DNA of 64,000 nt from Stegostoma tigrinum. Lineage: Eukaryota. A model generated the notes under the pieces. The model made no database searches, had not been told where the DNA came from, and worked only from the letters and a program-made list of their open reading frames with translations. The DNA is taken from NCBI RefSeq assembly GCF_030684315.1, contig NC_081374.1:13752837-13816836 (forward strand), read 5' to 3'. The stretch's first letter is position 1, and every line of letters starts with the position of its first letter. Both the position numbers and the translations under genes were made by a program. Positions 48,517-62,254 of the stretch are shown here, piece by piece.

Positions 48517-51500
48517 TAAAAGAACTCCATGAAGCCTGGTATCCCATCACCAAGTCACGTTTAATTTGCATTGCATAATGCATGACACTGACACAGAGCC
48601 AGCTCCCAGAGGGAGCAGCACCTCTGCACGCCTGTTTATATCTGTCAGCCAGGACTCCCTGATTGGACCAGGTTAACAGCCCCAATCAGGAACCTCATGC
48701 TATTTGAGATCCACCTGACTGACCTCGTTCCAATCATAACATCCCTCCCCCTCTAAGTCCTGGGATGTAGGTCAGTTTTATTACCTGTGGCTTCTACTGG
48801 GACATTTTCACACTGTGCCCGGTTCCTCTGATTCTGCTTGGATACTGGCGGCACGTACCAGACTGTAGCCCACCTCTTTCACCCAGAGCATCTTGACTGA
48901 AAATCATCTTCTTCAGGTGGTAACAGCATCACGGCTGCGGCATCTTCCATGTCCATCTAGTGCTCAGAGGTTTCTTCATAGCAAGGTAGATGGGGAGAAC
49001 CCACCAGTTCTGACAGCCTTGCCAGATGTTCTGAGGGGCAGGGTATATTTTGCTCCTGCCCTCCTTGAGATGTTGCAGCTTTCATTTGGCCCACATGCTT
49101 GTCAGGACTGCCTCTCCTACCCAAACTTTGCATGTCACGGGACCTGACCTTGCATTGACAATGACCCTCACCAATACAGGCCCATTCCCGTGGTTTCGAC
49201 AACGAACTTTGTCCCCTGAAACAGGCTGCCTCTCTCACTTAATGGAGTCTTGTGTCTGGTATTGGAATTCCTGATGCCATTTCACCTTCCCCCGACCCAA
49301 CCCCCAGATGCAGGAAGATCAGATTTAACCTGATGCAGAGTCTTCTCTCCATTAGCAACTCTGCTGCAGCTGCCCCTGTAGTTGTGCGAGGGGTGGTCCT
49401 ATGATCAAACAACAAACAGGACAGTTTGGGATTGAGTGCAGATGTAGGTGACATCTTTACGCCTGCCTTAAACATTTGGATCGCTCTTTCTGCCAGACCA
49501 TTGGATGATGGATAGGTATGGAGCTGTCCTTATATGCTGAATGCCATTCGACTTTAGGAAATACTCGAAATTCCTGCTGTTAAATGATGGCTCATTGTCT
49601 GTGACCAACACTTACAGGAGTCTATTGCAAAAGGTGCTCACATCTTTTCAATCATCATCCTCATGTTTATGTTTGTCCAATCAGTCTGAATGGGCATCCA
49701 CAATGACTAAAAACATACAACTCATGAAAAAGCCGGCAAATTCAATGTGTAACCGAGTCCAAGGTTAACCAGACATTCCCAAAAATGTGGGGGAGCTATA
49801 GGTGGTAATTTTTGTCCTGGTTGGCACTTGGGGCACTGCTCCACCAATGTGGCTGTATTGACATCCAGTACAGGCCACCAGACATAACCTCTCACCAGTA
49901 TCTTCATTTTAAAAACCCCTCCATGACCCTGGTGCAGTTCAACCTGGCAGTGATCTTTGCTCAGGTCAATCAATCTTGCTCCACATAATGATATGCCACT
50001 ACCTCGACTGTGACCAGGTCTCTTGGGGTTTCAGTTTGGTTGTGATGGGCCTTTTGTTTCCCCCATCTATACCAGCTGTTTAGTTTCGCCAGCACGGATC
50101 TTTTTGTATCCATTATCTGATGCTGCCAGTGGTGACCAGAAATGTGTCGAGAAAGTTTAAAACCAGAACAGAATCTTCCATTGCTGGCACCACCAATAGC
50201 TCAAGGCATCTGCACTTGCTACTTGGCCTCCCGGACAGCATTCCTACTTGTAATTGTATGCAGAATAAAAGCACCACTGAATTTAACCTGAAGTTATGGA
50301 CAACATAGCGTTGTCTTTTTTAAGAAGACCTAGCAGGGGCTTATGGTCCAGTATTATTACAAATTTACATCTGTGAAGGGAACTTTCTCACACCAAAGAT
50401 GCCCACCAAACCTTCCTTCTCTTTCCAGGTGTACATTCGTTCAGCATCAGCCAAAATCTGTGAAACAAACACTATTGGGCGTTCCTCTCGGCTGGGCCGC
50501 AGGTGAGCCAACAAGGAGGCGTTGCAGGTCAGCACTACAACTCGTTTGGGATCGTAGCGAACCAACACCTTAGACAATGACAGCAGCTTCTTCAGTTCTC
50601 CAGTGGCTACATTTTGGCTATGTGACTATTTCTAAGGCTGAACTTTTTCAATGGTAAAGGCGCCAGGATGGGAGCCAGGACACGGCGGACTTTTTTGTAA
50701 TAATTTACCAACCCAAGGAAAGACGTACATCCCAGTATAGATGTGGGGCTCGAGGCACCTTTGATCACTTTATCTTCCAACAGGTGTAATCCAGTCTTGT
50801 CAACTCTGTAGCCCGTGTAGGTCACTTAATTTGCCTGAAGCACACGTACGTCCTGCTGAGTTGTACACCGACATTGCAGAAATGTTTAAACGTGATGTCC
50901 AAGTTCTCTAAATGCTCTTTATTAGCCTTCCCAGTTATTAGCACGTCATCCAGATAAATGGTGATATAGGGTTGACCTTGTAAAATATTCTCCATCATTC
51001 ACTGAAAAATGGCACAGGCTGAGGAGAGCCCTGAAGGCAGTCTCGTACATTGCTACAAACCTTTCTGGATATTAATTGTAGCATACTTTTGGAATCCTTA
51101 TCTAATCGTAATTGCAATTACGTTTGGCTTATGTACCATTTTCGTGAAGGACAGGCCCTCACCTGCACCAGATTTGTGTACATGCCCTCTCTGCAAGGGA
51201 TTGGGTATTAATCCCACTGCAAAAACCAGTTCAGCACTTGTTTGAAATCTCCACAAAGACGAGCAAACCCATTGGACTTCACAATCGATAAAACTGATGC
51301 AGCCCATTCTGCAATTTGATAATTGCTTCGGTTTGATAATTCCTTTGCTTTCCTGCCTCCTGATTTCTGCTTCTACTTTTTCCCATAAGACGATTTGCGC
51401 TGGGTGGGCCTTGCAAAATCATGGAATTGCTTCGTCGTCAATACTGAAAGTGGCCTTGGCCCGCTTGATAGTTCCTACATCTCCCTTAAAAATTGTTCAG

Positions 51501-53015
51501 ATATTTAACGAGGACTTCACTCAGGCAGCCATTTACAAATTGAAAACTGTTGAACCATTCAAGTTGAATCTATCTTAATCAATTTCACCCCGACAAGCTT
51601 CGGCCCGAGCCATTCACTGGAATCAGTGGTAACTGAACCAGCTGCTTCTTGTAGAGACAAATTGAAGCTGTGCCTTTAATCTGTGAATTTTTCTCGGTAT
51701 ACTTCTGAGCCTGGCCAAGGTATTAGACAAACTTAATGGTTGGAGTCTACAGTCAGTCGTGTTAAAGCCAGGTTCTGCAATCATGGATAAAGCCACGCTG
51801 ATATCGACCTCCATTAGAACTGGGTGCCTACCTAACCAGATGCTTATTTTGATTGGTTCTAACGTGGATGTTGCTAAGCAATGTAACTGAAATGTAAATA
51901 GATTTTCCAGAGTGTGCACTTTCCCAGGTATTGGCCAATGAATTCTATTACTCCATTCAGGCCGAGTGGGATGCTTACTGTCACATGTCTGCTTAACGGT
52001 ACCAACTACAATGTCCTGCCACCCTGTAAACTCAACAAAATGCAAACGATTTGGCCGAAACTTGGCTTTGTTTGGAGTTTTGCTGTGAGCTGACCTAGAG
52101 TCTTTTGTTCAAGATATGTCCTGAGAGAGGCTATGCAATTGGCTTCATTCAAGTGGTGTTCCCGAAGTTCATTTGGCCTGGTGAGAGTACCCACTTCCAT
52201 TGGCATACTCCATAAGCCAGAAGCTCCACTCGCCGCATTTTCTAATGACAAAACCAGATGTATTCCCTGTTTCAAGTCCAGCTGGTCTTCAGCTATTCGG
52301 TACTTCTTCATGGTCACATCATTAATCCCACATTCCAGATGGTTTCTCAGCATTTTACTTAGGGTTAAACCAAAATCACATGCCTCTGCCAGTCATCTTA
52401 ACATTGTCAGAAATCCCAATAAGGATTCCCCTGGTTCTCAGACCACTGTGTAAAACTGACAGTGTCTCAAAAGTAGAAGAGGTTTGGGGTCGCAATGTTC
52501 CTTAGCTAAGTCTGTCAACTCTTAATCGGTTTTATTAGCTGGTGCCTCAGGGAAAGATAGGCTCCTAATAAGTGAAAAAGCTGCAGGCCCACTTGCTGTC
52601 AGGAGATCATCTGCCCTAATATAATTTGTCTGGCAAAAATAAACACATTCTTTCCCAGTCTTCAACTACGAATGAGTCAAGCCTCCCAGATAGCAGCATG
52701 ATGCCAGAAATGCTTAGCTCGATTCAAAGCCAATTGCTGCAAAAGCAAATCTCTTCAAAGGCATGTTTTTGTCTCATCGCCACCAAAATAACTCTATCGG
52801 CCAATATCCCATCTCCGAGTCACCTATTATTTACATACACATAGTGCACAGCACTGACGCAGCTAGCACAGAACTGGCTCCTAGCGAGCAGAACCCCTGA
52901 CTTTCCTCTTTATATCTATCAGCCTGGACTCCCTGATTGGACCGGGTGAACAGCCCCAATCAGGGGACTCATACTCAATGAGATCCATCTGGCTGATCTC
53001 ATTACAACCACCACA
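48517..53015 (-). mobile_element. Full-length but decayed Ty3/Gypsy LTR retrotransposon
   Basis: 5' LTR ~52784-53015, PBS TGGCGATGAG at 52773-52782, PPT 48742-48755, 3' LTR 48517-48741, near-TSD TCAAC/TCATC. Internal remnants: gag, protease (MEVDI), RT IYLDDV (~50943-50959), RNase H (LTCNAS..EKEGL), integrase HHCC (ELHQGHGG..VWWP..CPKCQ). Many stops and frameshifts. Confidence 0.9.
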
Positions 53016-53601
53016 TCATCCAGGCCCCATCGTTACTTGCAGTTAAACAGGATGGTGGCCGCAACTGCCATCATCAGCAACAGCTTCAACAAAGCAGTGA
53101 GCTGGTATTGCTGATACAACAGGCCTCATTCAGTCTCCAGAAGCTGCCGCCAGGGTGTTTTCACCAAAAGACACTTGATGCCAACATGTCTGACAAAAAC
53201 ATCAAATCCAGATTCTCTGAACGTTACATAAACTTGTTTAAGCGAGAGAAGAACAATACACATTCCACTTTAGACCTTTGACTTGAGAGAAATAAGCTCT
53301 GGCTCAAACTCTGCAAAACAGTAATGTCCACACTACGGTTTACTCCAGCTTATAGTCCAAATAAAACATTTGTAGTCTTTACAACTAAAATTTGCAAAAT
53401 TCCTGTCACTGCATCACCATCTCATTATATCAGGTGTTCCAGCTCCCAGTACAATATAATGGTGTGACTAAGACGCTGCCACCAATCCCTTCCGATGACA
53501 TTTGACTAAATTGCTTGTACCAAGTAATGAGGATAGCCACAGGCAGTCTTCATCAGAAGGTGAACATTAACAGTTTCTGACCTTTATACAACTAACAATA
53601 T

Positions 53602-54250
53602 ACAAATAACAACTGCACCTCACAGTCGCGAATCATTTTAACTCCCCCTCCCATTCCTCAGATGACATGTCCATCATGGGCCTCCTGCAGTGCCACAATG
53701 ATACCACCCGAAGGTTGCAAGAACAGCAACTCATATTCCGCTTGGGAACCCTGCACCTCAATGGTATCAATGTGGACTTCACCAGCTTCAAAATCTCTCC
53801 TTCCCCCACCGCATCCCAAAACCAGCCCAGTTTGTCCCCTCCCTCCACTGCATCACACAACCAGCCCAGCTCATCCCCTCCCCCCACTGCATCCCAAAAC
53901 CAGTCCAGCCTGTCTCTGCCTCCCTAACCTGTTCTTCCTCTCACCCATCCCTTCCTCCCACCTTAAGCTGACCTCCATTTCCTACCTACTAACCTCATCC
54001 CACCTCCTTGACCTGTCCGTCTTCCCTGGACTGACCTATCCCCTCCCTACCTCCCCACCTATACTCTCCTCTCCACCTATCTTCTTTTCTCTCCATCTTC
54101 GGTCTGCATCCCCCTCTCTCCCTATTTATTCCAGTTCCCTCACCCCATCCCCCTCTCTGATGAAGGGTCTAGGCCCGAAACGTCAGCTTTTGTGCTCCTG
54201 AGATGCTGCTTGGCCTGCTGTGTTCATTCAGCTTCACACTTCGTTATCAA
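53602..54250 (+). mobile_element. Penelope-like 3' fragment with hammerhead core at 54157-54184
   Basis: Near-identical to 23084-23728 (MSIMGLLQCHND.TRRLQEQQLIFRLGTL..NGINVDF). Confidence 0.9.
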
Positions 54251-55879
54251 GGTTTCTGACATACTCCTTTAAGGCATAGTTATAGTTTGTCTACATAGGC
54301 GATTGCCTTTTGTGAGACGTCAGGCTCAACCTGGAAATAAACACACATTACTAAGTTACATGGACTTAGCACGAGAACAACTCAAACTAAATGCACGAGA
54401 CAGACATCGAAGCACTTGTCATCTCTTCCCAAGAACAGCCTTTTATATCTTGATGGTTGGAGCTTATCTATGATGTCACTTAACCCTTTCAGGTATTAAC
54501 TGCACTATGCAACAATAATGATTACAATCAGAATGATATTCTGCAATGGTTTCACTGCAGGCTGGCAATTTTAGGGAGAACACTGCATGATCGAATAGGA
54601 TGCATTAGCTTGCTGCCAATGGATTCACATTCAGCTTGAGATGTGTCGAAGATTTCTTTCGGTACTCTATTCCTCGCCACCGTTGTTGTTCATCACTTCA
54701 ATCACCGCTTGTCATGCTCTGTCTGGCACATTCTGTAGCACATTCCTTCCATCATAAGCTATAACATCTGAAACAGAAACAGAAATTGCTGGTGAAGCTC
54801 AGCAAGTCTGGCATTCTATTCTGTTCTGATGAAAAACCAAAAGGTAAACTTTGCTTTCTTCTGACAAATGCTGCCAGACCTGTTGAGTTTCACCAGCAAT
54901 TTCTGTTTTTGTTTCAGATATTCAGTCTCCAACATTCTTTGTTTTATTGAAGCCAATAATGTGGCTTCTATTTCCTGCAGAAGCTGCTGAATCACCTCAC
55001 AACAACTGCAATATATCCTCCTGCTTGAAACCTTAATGACTTACTGAGGGCCTGTTTAATTCAGCCCTTACATTTGGGCAAGCTGCCAGGTATAAACATT
55101 AGTAAAATAAATTTTAAAAAGCACTGTTTCTTCGTGCTCTTCTTATCGTGATATGTTACCTTTTACATTGAGACTTGACTATTTATAAACATGAAGACGT
55201 TATGAAGTTAGAAGTTTTCTAAGTTTAGAATTTAGAAATATTAGAAGTGGATGCAAAGCTTTGAAAATGGATATCTCATGACCTTGGCAAATTCAGCTTG
55301 AGGCAGACCTGAAACTCAAGTCAATTCTGAGTTAAATACTGGCATTCATAGGCACATGGGAATGAACACATTTCCTTGCTTAAGGATGGATTATCAACAA
55401 TATAAATATAGCATTCTGATCGTCTCATCTTTCTGCTTCCTGTGGACAACAGACACACAAAACTATTCTGTATCAGGTGAATATGAAAAAATAGCAATCA
55501 GCTTTGTTGGGTGTTTTTAGAAAAATAATAGCAAAAGCTGCCCTGACAGAGAAACATCGTGACCAATACCTTCAGAAAAATCATCTATAAGTAATATTAA
55601 ATCAGCTGCTAGACAGTTATGCAGTGAAAGTAAAACAGCTATACCTTGAAAGTGGGAGGGTTCAGGCACTAACTTGTTCTGATTTCAAGTTCACCTGGGA
55701 AGTGATGTCCTGGCAATTCCATTGCATGAAGTTTCACAACTTACCGAAACGTTTCTGCTTTTGCACATACCTAAAGAATCAATGCATCGAAGGAGCTACA
55801 GGTCTGTTCAGAAAGAAACTGTAATAATTTCACATTATAATTATATTATCCTTCTGTTCACCTGTATTTAGTATTTTTG

Positions 55880-58515
55880 TGTGTGCTAGTATGCAGGAAA
55901 TGCTGTACCAGCACCATGTGCTAGTCCGAGTAGAAATGACAGCATATATCGAATGAATACGTGGCTGAAAAGGTGGCATCGGGGCAGGGTATCAGAATCC
56001 TGAGGCATTGGGGCCAGTTCTAGCGAAGGTGAGTCCAGTACAAATTGGACAGGTTACACCTGGGCAGGACTGGGAGCGATGTCCTGGAGGGAGTGTTTGC
56101 TGGAAAGGTTGGCCTTGATAGATTGGGGAGAGTTACTTAAAGGGATGACAGTGTATAGGCGATGGCAAACATTCAAGGAACACATGGAGGGAAGGGAACA
56201 ATTGTTTATTCCCGTCTGGCACAAAAGCAAAAATGAGTAAGATGGCCATTGCATGGCTTACAAAGGAAATTGGAGTTATTATCCAGTCTGAGGAAGGAGC
56301 ATATAGATTGGTCAAGAAAAATAATATGCCTGAGGATTGAGACCAGTTTAGAATCATCAAAGAAGCAGCAGGGAGTGATTTAAGGGGGGATAGCACAGAA
56401 AGCTTACAGGGAACATAAAGGTGGACACTAAGTGTAGTATAGATGCATAAAGAGAAGGAGGTTGGTGAAGACAATTGTAGATCCCCTGCAGACAGAAATG
56501 GGAGAATGTATAATAGCGGACAAAGAAATGGTTGAACAACTGAATACATATCTTGGCTCGTTGCAAAAGAGGGTATAAATTTATACCAGAAATGGTGGAG
56601 AATGCATGATTTAGTGAGAGGGAAGAAATGATGGTGATCAATATTAGAAGAGAAATGATGCTGCGATAATTCCCCAGGGCCTGATAATCTACATCACAGA
56701 GTAATTAAGGAAGTGGCTCTAGAAATAGACGATGCATTGGTGGTCATCTTCCAGGATTCTATGGACTCTGGAGCAGTCCCTGCAGTTTGGAGGGTGGCTA
56801 ACATCATTCCAACACTCAGCAAGGGAGGTGGAGAGATAACAGGGATTTATAGACCAGTCAGACAAACATTGGTAGTTGGGAAAGTTCTCAAATCCATTAT
56901 CAAAGATTTAATAGTGGAGCATTTAGTAAGCAGTGACAGAATCAGAGTCAGTATGGATTTATGAAGGGGAAATCATGCTTGACAAATTTATCGGGATTCT
57001 ATGAAGACATAAATAGTAGAGTTGACAAGGTGAACCAGTCGATGCTGTATGTTTGGAATATCAGAAAGCATTTGACAAAGCCCTGCATAAGAAATTATGT
57101 GCAAGATGAAAGCGCATGGGATTGGGGAAGTGTATTGAGATGCTTGGCAGAGGAAACAAAGAGCATGAATTAATGAGTCCTTTTCAATTTGGCAGGCAGT
57201 AACTAGTAAGGTGCCACAGGGATCAGTGCTGGGACCCCAAATATTCATAATATATATTCAGAATTTGGATGAGGGAACTAAATGTAACATCTCAAAGTTT
57301 CCAGATGATACAAAGTTGGGTGGGAAGGTGAACTGTGACAAGGATGCAGAGATCCTTCAGCATGATCTGGACAGATTGGGTGAGAGGACAAATCAATGGC
57401 AGATGCAGTATAATTTGGATAAATGTGAGGTTATTCACCCTGGAAGCAAAAACAAGAATGCAGCTGACTGCCTGAACGGCTGTAAATTGGGAGAGGGGAG
57501 TACGCTGTGGAACCTGGGGATCAGTGTGCACCATTTGCTGAAAGTATGCATGCAGGTGCAGCAGGCAGTAGGACGACACGTGGTATGTTAGCCCTCACTG
57601 CGAGAGGTTTTGAGTACAGGAGCAGGGCCATGTTGTTGCAGTTGTACAGGGCCTCGGCGAGGCCGCACCTAGAATATTGTGTGTAGTTTTAGTCTCTTTT
57701 CTGAGGAAGGATGCTGCTGCATTCAAGGGAGTGCATCAAAGGATTACCAGGCTGATTCCTGGAACGGTGGGTCTGACTTATGAAGAGAGATTGACAAGTT
57801 AGAATTGTTTTTGCCGGAGTTCAGATGAATGAGGGGGTTCTCATAGAGACTTACAAAATTCTAACAGGGCTGTACAGGGTGTTCAAGATAATGGGTGTGA
57901 CCAGAGCCAGGGGTCGTAATCTGAGGATTCGCATAGACCGTTTAATCAATCACAGAATCCTGACAGTGTGGAAACAGGCTCTTCAGCCCATCAAGACCAC
58001 ACTGACCCACAGAGCATTCCACCCAGACCCATCCCCCTGTAACCCACCTAATCTACACACCCCTGAACACTGTGGGCAATTTTAGCATGGCCAATCCACC
58101 TAACTGTACATCTTTGGACTGTGGGAGGAAGCCAGAGCACCCAGAGGAAAGCCACACACACAGACAGGGAGAACTTGCAAACTCCGCACAGACAGTCACC
58201 CAAGGGTGGAATCGAACCTCGGTCCCTGGTGCTAGCAGTGCTAACCGCTGAGCCACAATGGTGCCCACAGTGTAGATGAGGAGACTTTTCATTTACCCAG
58301 AGTGGTGAAACTGTGGAATTCATTTAATACCAAAATGTTGAATGTGTTCAAGAGACAGCTTGATATAGCACTTGGGGCGAAAGGGATCGAAGATTATGCA
58401 GAGAAAGCAGGATAGGCAATTGAGTTGGACAATGGGCTATGATTGTGATGAATGGTGGAGCAGTTTCGAAGGGTCTAATGGCCTCTTTCTGTTCCTATCT
58501 TCTATGTTTCTATTC
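55880..58515 (+). mobile_element. Internally deleted CR1 LINE (ORF1 esterase end, ORF2 RT, 3' UTR)
   Basis: ORF1 ..MNTWL..W...YKLD.LHLGRTG; RT VPQGSVLGP..F.IYI..LDEG, FPDDTKLGG, CEVIH.G. Confidence 0.88.
57945..58268 (-). mobile_element. HE1/V-SINE-type SINE nested in the CR1
   Basis: Homologous to 8656-9008; CR1 sequence resumes after it. Confidence 0.85.
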
Positions 58516-60027
58516 TACCTCAGGGGGAGGTGGGTGGTATTAAATATTCATCCTTATTTTTAAATTCACAAACACTTTCTAAAATGTAGCAAATGATAAT
58601 CTGAAGGCAGGGATTGTAATTGTATGACCAAATCCTGGAAACCAAGTGAATGCATCAGAATCTGTAATCTAAACTCAATTGCACATAATTAATTTTTATC
58701 TCCAGATTTTACATCTCCATATGAGGCTGTGAGGCATGATCTCTGCAATGTTTGAGGATAAATTCACAAATAGAAATTGGGTGAATTTGGAACCTGTCTC
58801 TTGATTAATATAAGGATTATTCCATGTGCCAAGTCTTGGTTAACATCTTTTACAATGATTTGCAAACAGCTTCGCAATGCTCCCACACACCTATTCCATT
58901 TTCTGCAGCAATGCCATCTATTTTCTGTGTACTCTCCATCTGTCCTTCCACCACTGGGGCATCAAAGCATATCCATTATAGCACAATGTGTTAATGGTCA
59001 AGCTCACCAGATGCATCCTGGATGAATACTTCACTCACGGTTACTCAAAGGGCGGTTTTTTCTGCAGATTTGAAGTTCAGGATGTAAGGAGAATTGGTGT
59101 TGAAGGACTGGCCGAGGGGGCCATCACAAGGATCCCAGCTTGGTGATGTGTGAAAGCACATCCTGGTGATAAGTGGTGCATCTACACGCCACTTTATCAA
59201 GATACAAAGATGGAAAGGTCGCAGGTAACTGACCACAGAATTATGAATATCGAGGCACACATACAAACTTTGTTTCATCAATGACTGAGCTGCAAAAAGA
59301 TTGATGTTGGTTGCCAACAATACGGCCCAGGTTTGAGACCAATAATGAAGGGAGATGCCAGCCATTGGTACCAAGAATGCTGCCCACCTGATACTGATCT
59401 AGTCAGCCCAATGGAATTGGCTTTCCCTAAAACTAAATCAGATTCATTGGGTGCCAGTTGAAGGGATTTTGCAGAATCCAGGAGTAGTGAAATTACCAAG
59501 CAGGCTGAGCACCGAAGAATTCTCACTGACAGAAAACCAGGAAGTGAAATGATTGTCCTTCAGTTTTTCATCATTTTACTGGGAGTGGGGTGAAACATTG
59601 GCACAAACACCTAGGATTAATGCAGAAACTGGAATATTATAAATGAAGTGTAGAAGTATTTAAAAGCTTTTTTTTTACAGATTGGAAGGAAAAATGAGTC
59701 CTGGCCGCGGCAGTCTGTTTGTTGAAAGTGCTCCTACAGTGCTGTTCACAAGTGACTTCCAAGATTTTGCTGTAGCAATGAAGAAGGACTGGCAGCACAT
59801 GTCACTATCAATGTGGTGTGCCTTGGGTTGTGGAGGAGGTCAGGGTGATGGAGGGATGGGATCTTTGTGCAGATCACTGATTTCTCTTTCATCAGCTTTC
59901 CTTGTTTCTCTAGTTGGTGGAGGTTGCCAGTTTGCAAGGTGCAAGATACCTTGAAGTGACCTTGTTGAGTTGCTGCAATGTGTAAAACTGGTGTAGTGCA
60001 CTGGAAATCAAGCCCTGCCATTCCTGG

Positions 60028-60245
60028 GATAGTAGGAACTGCAGATAACTGGAGAATCTGAGATCGCAAGGTATGGAGCTGGGTGAGCACAGCAGGCCAA
60101 GCAACATCAGACGAACAGGAAGCCTGACGATTTGGGCCTAGACCTTTCTTCAGAAAAGCTGCGATGAAGAAGGGTCTAGGCCCGAAACGTCAGCCTTCCT
60201 GCTCCTCTGATGCTGCTTGGCCTGCTGTGTTCACTCAGCTCCACA
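60028..60245. mobile_element. Penelope-derived hairpin insertion
   Basis: Inverted arms with degenerate hammerhead cores on both strands; imperfect 15-bp flanking duplication CCCTGCCATTCCTGG/CCCTGCTATCCCTGG. Confidence 0.82.
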
Positions 60246-61039
60246 CCCTGCTATCCCTGGAGTGATTTCAAAAAGTATAGCCTTTCTCTTCAATCTCTCA
60301 AAATTCCCCAGTGTACCTGTTTATTTAGACCCAGGTTGGCAGAAAACATGGGCAAGGTTTCTCTACTTAACAAGGATTACTATAAATTACAAAGAAATAG
60401 ATTTTAGTTTTGCAGTTAGACAATTATGGATTGTTGATGTGTAACTCTATTAGCTAAAGTTCTAACTCTTTGTGAATCTCTTATGTACACATGCAGATAA
60501 CCACAGAAAGACAGAAAAAACATTGGTGTTATGGGTGGAGGAGAAAGCTGGGAAAGCAGTTCAATGGCCCCTGCCCATAGCATTCACTGAAATTATGCCT
60601 TTGACTTACTACTCCTCGATCTCTTCTCCAACAGCTTTTATTTGCTTGTAGGAGGCACAGAGCGGCTGGTTCAGAGCTTATGCATTCTCCAACTTATTGG
60701 ATAAAAGCAATAGCTTACAGCAACTGATGAGAGCAAATATATTGACTGCCTTCAGGCCATCGGTGATTTTTTAACTGTGAAGTGAAGGATGCCATCTTCC
60801 TTTCTTGAGGCCTGACAGCTTTTGGCTATCTTGTTCATGCTCCTGAACTGTTAGTGGGTAGAAGGACTTTGTTACTGATAACTGGTCACTATCCCACAGA
60901 CTGATCAGCTACTTGTTGCCATCCAAATCTCATTTTATACACGCTCCCCAGACCCAGTTCATCTGCAACTAAACCCCCTCCATTTGTTCAACAAACAACA
61001 ATGTAAACAGCACTTTCAATAAGTGTTGGGTTTTTTTTC

Positions 61040-61365
61040 CTTTATTCATTCACAGAACGAGGGTGTTGCTGGTCAGGCAGCACTTATTGCCCAGAGGGCA
61101 GTTAAGAGTCAACCACATTGCTGTAGACCAGACCAGGTAAGGATGGCAGTTTCCTTCTCGAAAGGACATTCGTAAACCAGATGGGTTTTTTCCTCCAACA
61201 ATCAACAATAGGTTCACAGTCATAAATAGATTCTTAATCCCAGATATTTATTGATTTCAAATTCCACCATCTGCCAAAGTGGGATTCGAACCCGGGTCCG
61301 GAGAATGATACCTTGGTCTCTGGACTAATAGTCCAGCAATAATACAAGTAGGCCATAACCGCCCC
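61040..61365 (-). mobile_element. SINE family B
   Basis: Homologous to 31683-32027. Confidence 0.8.
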
Positions 61366-62168
61366 CACCCTTTTAAAAAGTACAGCAACCCCCTTCTACA
61401 ATCATTATTTTTTAAAGCTAATCCTTTTCACATTTCAGTTCACATTCACAAATACAGAAAAAACAAGATACACTCTTAATAAGAGCAACTTGTAGAAAGC
61501 CCACAGCATGACCATGGAGCCCTGGTCGTAAAACAAGTTGCTGCAATGGTTATTGGCTCATCCATTTATTATATTTTAATTTTCCAAAATTCATCATTTA
61601 TTCCTAATGATGTTAACAAAATATGCTAGCTTTAGTATTTTTGGCCCATGCATAACACAAAAGAAGATGTGAAACCAGTTATGGCCCAATTCAATGCCTC
61701 AGTCATCAAATTTTATACAGCTACTTACTGCAGCTTTTAAATTCCTTCTTCATGTTTTCTGGGTGGCAGCAACGTAATAAGAAGCTTGGGCCAAGTGTCT
61801 GTTCATTTAGTGCATGCCAAAGCGGTCAACCAACCATTTGAAAATAACCTCAAAGTCATCCAGATATTATTGAATTGTTTATCAGGTGCTGAGACCATAT
61901 GCTCAAATGGAAACATCCCAAGTAATACCCCAAATCATATTCCATGGCTTTGTAAACAAAGTTTGATTTCTTTATCATTTGTAATTGCATCAATACTTAT
62001 TGCTGATACTTAATAATGCGATAAATTGTGATTCTGAAGTTTGGTGTTACTTAAATTGCAAGCCATATCTGTTTTTCCAACAAGGTCACCATGTTTGATA
62101 TTGACTGTTCATAATCGCCTGATCTGTGATCCAAATCTACGGACAATGGAAAGATGGATTGCGATCAC

Positions 62169-62175
62169 TATAAAA
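62169..62175 (+). promoter_or_regulatory. TATA box of gene 3
   Basis: TATAAAA about 80 nt upstream of the ATG, preceded by CAATGGAAAG. Confidence 0.72.
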
Positions 62176-62254
62176 GCAGCAACAAATAGAATCCATTCAC
62201 AGGCCCATCTAACATTATCCTTTCGCTGTCATTTGACAACAACAAAGAACGAAG

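Noticed and set aside
53040-53260. Possible Harbinger transposase N-terminal remnant
   Set aside because: Only vague similarity across frameshifts; cannot be supported without a profile search
59068-59225. Exon-like segment encoding ..GAITRIPAW*, reminiscent of prochymosin EITRIP
   Set aside because: Immediate in-frame stop and no further aspartic-protease similarity; treated as coincidence
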